Below, in pieces: positions 29,498 to 32,000 of a DNA stretch of 32,000 nucleotides. Origin of the DNA: an uncultured bacterium (lineage in GTDB: Bacteria > GCA-001730085); contig CAZMGY010000003.1 in the NCBI GenBank assembly GCA_964565945.1, positions 1-32,000 of the forward strand. Direction: 5' to 3'. How positions within the stretch are numbered: the stretch's first letter is position 1; every line of letters starts with the position of its first letter. Below the pieces are notes generated by a model that was not told where the DNA came from, searched no databases, and saw only the letters and a program-made list of their open reading frames with translations. Position numbers and translations under genes: made by a program.

Positions 29498-29616
29498 GTT
29501 ATTGGCCTCTTTTTTCTTGTCATTCCCTTGCAGCTGGGAACACCATACCCTGACATGTTTGTATGGAGCCCAAAGGACTTAAGAAATAAATCGATTTATA
29601 TAGAGGTCATCTTAGA

Positions 29617-29632
29617 TGTTTTGTACTATAAT
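29617..29632 (+). promoter_or_regulatory. Putative promoter (-10 region) of the 29675 gene
   Basis: TGTTTTgtACTATAAT with a perfect TATAAT at 29627-29632, 42 nt upstream of the ATG. The -35 is poor (AGGTCA). The same 16-nt motif recurs at 30702-30717. Confidence 0.45.
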
Positions 29633-29674
29633 ATGAACATTGGTACTGTTATTTGTGATAGATAAGGAGATGCC

Positions 29675-30661
29675 ATGAAGTTTCTAGTATCTATGGTGGC
29701 TTGCTTGTTGGTCAGTGGTTTGGTCTGGGCCAAGACCGAAGAGATTCAACTGACAACTTATTATCCTGCTCCCTATGGTGATTTCGAAAGCATTCGTACC
29801 AACGAGATGGAGTATTTGGGTGTGTTGCGTGGTCCTGTTGAAGCTGGTGGTGAAATTGAAAAAGGCGTGACGGGCATTGACGATCTTAAGCGAGGCGATG
29901 TTTACCGAGGCTTTCGTATTTTGGGAGAATTTTTAGAGCCCTATCGTTCGGATGATTTGGCGGCCTTACCCTTGGTCGACTTTGCTTATTATGAATCGGA
30001 TAAGATCTTGTTTAACAATGGTGGTGGGATTTTTTACCAAGATGCGCGCAATGGTATTTTTTTGGATCGCGCAACTAACTATTCCGTGATGCGTTCACGG
30101 GCCGAAATTGTGTTGCAACCGGGTTACACTGGATCGCCGACTGACTACGATTTTGTGGTTCATAATTCGACTGATCATACCGTGATCAGCGAAGGGAAAA
30201 TGTTTATCAAAGGTGATTTTGAAGTGCGTACGCCTGGAGGAGAACGTTTATTGATTGTGAGTGCTCAAGGAGGTAATAACAATAGCCCTGTGATTTTGAT
30301 GAGGTCTAATGTTCTGATTGAGGGGGACTTAACGGTTACGGGAACGATCACGGGTAATATTTCTGGTTCTAATGTGACCATTGATAATCTGCGTGTGAAA
30401 CGTCAATTGTTGGTGCAGAGTGATGCGGAGTTCAATACAAATGGTCATGTTGTCGATGCCGATGCTAGCCATTTGATTGTGCGGGGCTATTTATGGTCCG
30501 ACCATATCCGTTCGACCTTGGGTAATATGTTTGAGGTTCGGGTGAGAAATAACCGCGCGATTGGGCGATTCCGTCGCGGGAATGGTCGGAGTGGGTTTGT
30601 GGCGCTCGCCATCCCTGGTGAGGCCCAGGGGCGCAGTTTTGCTGGAAATCCTTATGTGTAA
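29675..30661 (+). CDS. Secreted hypothetical protein with a beta-helix-like (bactofilin-like) repeat region
   Basis: 328-aa ORF with RBS AAGGAG 5 nt upstream. It has a classic Sec signal peptide (MKFLVSMVACLLVSGLVWA/KT). The C-terminal half carries short G/D/N/T/V-rich repeats (LIEGDLTVTGTITGNISGSNVTIDNLRV) typical of beta-helical proteins. No family was recognised. Confidence 0.8.
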   Translation: MKFLVSMVACLLVSGLVWAKTEEIQLTTYYPAPYGDFESIRTNEMEYLGVLRGPVEAGGEIEKGVTGIDDLKRGDVYRGFRILGEFLEPYRSDDLAALPLVDFAYYESDKILFNNGGGIFYQDARNGIFLDRATNYSVMRSRAEIVLQPGYTGSPTDYDFVVHNSTDHTVISEGKMFIKGDFEVRTPGGERLLIVSAQGGNNNSPVILMRSNVLIEGDLTVTGTITGNISGSNVTIDNLRVKRQLLVQSDAEFNTNGHVVDADASHLIVRGYLWSDHIRSTLGNMFEVRVRNNRAIGRFRRGNGRSGFVALAIPGEAQGRSFAGNPYV

Positions 30662-30688
30662 CCCCGATCTTAAATGCAATATCTTTCC

Positions 30689-30717
30689 TTGAGCTAAAAT
30701 GTGTTTTCGACTATAAT
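30689..30717 (+). promoter_or_regulatory. Putative sigma70-type promoter of the L,D-transpeptidase gene
   Basis: -35 TTGAGC (30689-30694), a 17-nt spacer, and -10 TATAAT (30712-30717) embedded in TGTTTTcgACTATAAT (30702-30717). Confidence 0.5.
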
Positions 30718-30761
30718 GAACGCATCTGTGAGAATGGTTCAAAAGCCAAGGAGGGCTGAGG

Positions 30762-31826
30762 TTGTTGCGTAATTTACTGCTTGTTATTATTGCTGCATCG
30801 CTAATTATTACTTTTTTGTCGTGGAGCAAGAAAGATCCTAAGAAAGAGCCTTCGGTGCGCAAGGTGGACGTAGTGACCTTAGAGGAACGCACTCAGAAGA
30901 AAATCAAAAAGCTTCACGAAGTCGCTCTGACCTATCAGCAGGCGGGAGAGTGGAAAGAAGCTTTGCATACTTGGAAAGATATTGTGAATACTTATCCCGA
31001 AGATGAGCAAACGGCCCAGGCTTTGCAGTCCTTAGTGGTTTTGTATCTTAATAAAAGCCAAACCAAGTTTGCCAATATTTATTTTGAAAAGCTCGAACAA
31101 GGATTTCCCGATAGCGAAGCGATGGCTCAGGCTTTGTACGATAAGGCACAGTATGCCGATAAAGGAGGCAATTTGAGTTCTGCTAAGCTGTCCTACCGTC
31201 GCTTGGTTCGCGATTTCTTTTTCTTCGATAAAATAGCCGAGGTGCAAAAGCGTTTGGAAGATTTGAATATAAGCTTATTATTTTCGAAAAAAATAACGGA
31301 AGGAACGAGCCTTTATCAAGTTCAGAGAGGGGATTCTTTGTCAACCATTGCGCATCGCTTTAACACCACGGTCGATTTTTTATTGCAAGCCAATGGTCTT
31401 AAAATTGACAGTGTGATTCATCCTGGTGATCGTTTAAAAGTGTTTAATCCCAAAGTTAAGATTGGTGTGACCATCGATAAGTCACAAAAAAGCATGTTGC
31501 TTACATTTAACAACGAAGTATTGCGTCGTTACAATATTGCGATTGGCAAAGACGGTAGCACACTTGTTGGAAAATTTGCGGTGCAAAATAAACTGAAAGA
31601 TCCTGTTTGGTTTAATGCTGGTCGGGCTATTCCCCCAGATGACCCCCGTAATGTTTTGGGAACGCGGTGGTTAGGTATTGATCGCGATATAGGGATTCAT
31701 GGAACGGTTGAAAAAAAGCATATTTTGGAACAAACTTCAAACGGATGTATTCGCATGAACAACAAAGAAGTCGAACAATTGTATTCGATTCTGCGTGTCG
31801 GTGATCCAGTTGTGATTGTCGAGTGA
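30762..31826 (+). CDS. Membrane-anchored TPR-like / LysM / YkuD-family L,D-transpeptidase
   Basis: 354-aa ORF with a TTG start 6 nt after AAGGAGGG. It has an N-terminal TM anchor (LLLVIIAASLIITFLSW) and helical TPR-like repeats (about aa 50-170). A LysM motif (YQVQRGDSLSTIAHRFNTTVDFLLQANGL) follows. The YkuD catalytic signature is present (GIHGT...SNGCIRMNNKEV). Confidence 0.88.
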   Translation: MLRNLLLVIIAASLIITFLSWSKKDPKKEPSVRKVDVVTLEERTQKKIKKLHEVALTYQQAGEWKEALHTWKDIVNTYPEDEQTAQALQSLVVLYLNKSQTKFANIYFEKLEQGFPDSEAMAQALYDKAQYADKGGNLSSAKLSYRRLVRDFFFFDKIAEVQKRLEDLNISLLFSKKITEGTSLYQVQRGDSLSTIAHRFNTTVDFLLQANGLKIDSVIHPGDRLKVFNPKVKIGVTIDKSQKSMLLTFNNEVLRRYNIAIGKDGSTLVGKFAVQNKLKDPVWFNAGRAIPPDDPRNVLGTRWLGIDRDIGIHGTVEKKHILEQTSNGCIRMNNKEVEQLYSILRVGDPVVIVE

Positions 31827-31847
31827 TAACAATAAAGGAATCCTGTT

Positions 31848-32000
31848 ATGGCTCATGAAGAACGTTTAAATTTTGAAGCGCCTATTTTAGAACTTGAAAA
31901 ACGAATCAAAGAACTGGAATCTTTTGCCAAAAATGAAAGCATTGATTGCGAAGAAGAGCTATCGATGCTGTATTTGAAGCTTGATAAAATCACTAAAGAT
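31848..32000 (+). CDS. accA: Acetyl-CoA carboxylase carboxyltransferase subunit alpha, N-terminal fragment (runs off the window)
   Basis: MAHEERLNFEAPILELEKRIKELESFAK... matches the characteristic AccA N-terminus (LNFLDFEQPIAELEAKI in E. coli). Only 51 codons are visible. Confidence 0.65.
   Translation, partial: MAHEERLNFEAPILELEKRIKELESFAKNESIDCEEELSMLYLKLDKITKD

Noticed and set aside
29476-29516. A candidate intrinsic terminator after the giant ORF: GGCCA (29476-29480) pairing with TGGCC (29503-29507), followed by TCTTTTTTC.
   Set aside because: The stem is only 5 bp with a 22-nt loop (inner 4-bp CCGC/GCGG hairpin) and it overlaps the stop codon. That is too weak to call as a feature, and transcription may read through.
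17063-31847. The giant-ORF region as a horizontally acquired island or mobile element.
   Set aside because: I saw no integrase, transposase, tRNA, direct or inverted terminal repeats. By eye, base composition and codon style match the flanking core genes. Strand orientation is also continuous with the neighbours.
1-32000. A scan for CRISPR arrays, rRNA or tRNA genes, and long direct or inverted DNA repeats.
   Set aside because: By eye I found no repeat-spacer periodicity, no tRNA-like cloverleaf candidates in the few intergenic gaps, and no rRNA-like sequence. Nearly all of the window is accounted for by + strand coding sequence.

Overview
All credible genes in this window are on the + strand, and the sequence is moderately AT-rich bacterial DNA. 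I cannot assign a taxon from sequence alone. Positions 1-15225 hold the 3' end of tuf followed by the S10, spc and alpha ribosomal-protein operons, tightly packed and in canonical order: rpsJ through rplQ, with secY, map, infA, rpmJ and rpoA. Several gene pairs overlap at their stop and start codons. The one anomaly in this block is the adk slot between secY and map. It holds a decayed adenylate kinase with an in-frame stop, two frameshifts, a degenerate P-loop and an internal deletion. A small CbiX-like chelatase gene and serS follow. The rest of the window is unusual. After a 246-bp AT-rich intergenic region with a good promoter and a perfect 12-bp palindrome in the leader, a single uninterrupted 12,189-nt ORF (17309-29497) encodes a 4062-aa protein. 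I recognise no named domain in it. It has an N-terminal signal or anchor, three blocks of paired transmembrane helices (about 20 TM in total), and three very large soluble, mostly helical regions. Downstream are a secreted beta-helix-like hypothetical protein, a membrane-anchored TPR-LysM-YkuD L,D-transpeptidase, and the start of accA. The secreted protein and the transpeptidase are preceded by the same 16-nt promoter-like motif. I saw no rRNA, tRNA, CRISPR array, transposase, integrase or long DNA repeat. The best candidate for an undescribed system is the giant polytopic protein, possibly acting with the two envelope genes downstream. The broken adk hints at a host- or partner-dependent lifestyle. 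All functional ideas about this locus are inference and need homology, structure and topology tools that I cannot run here.
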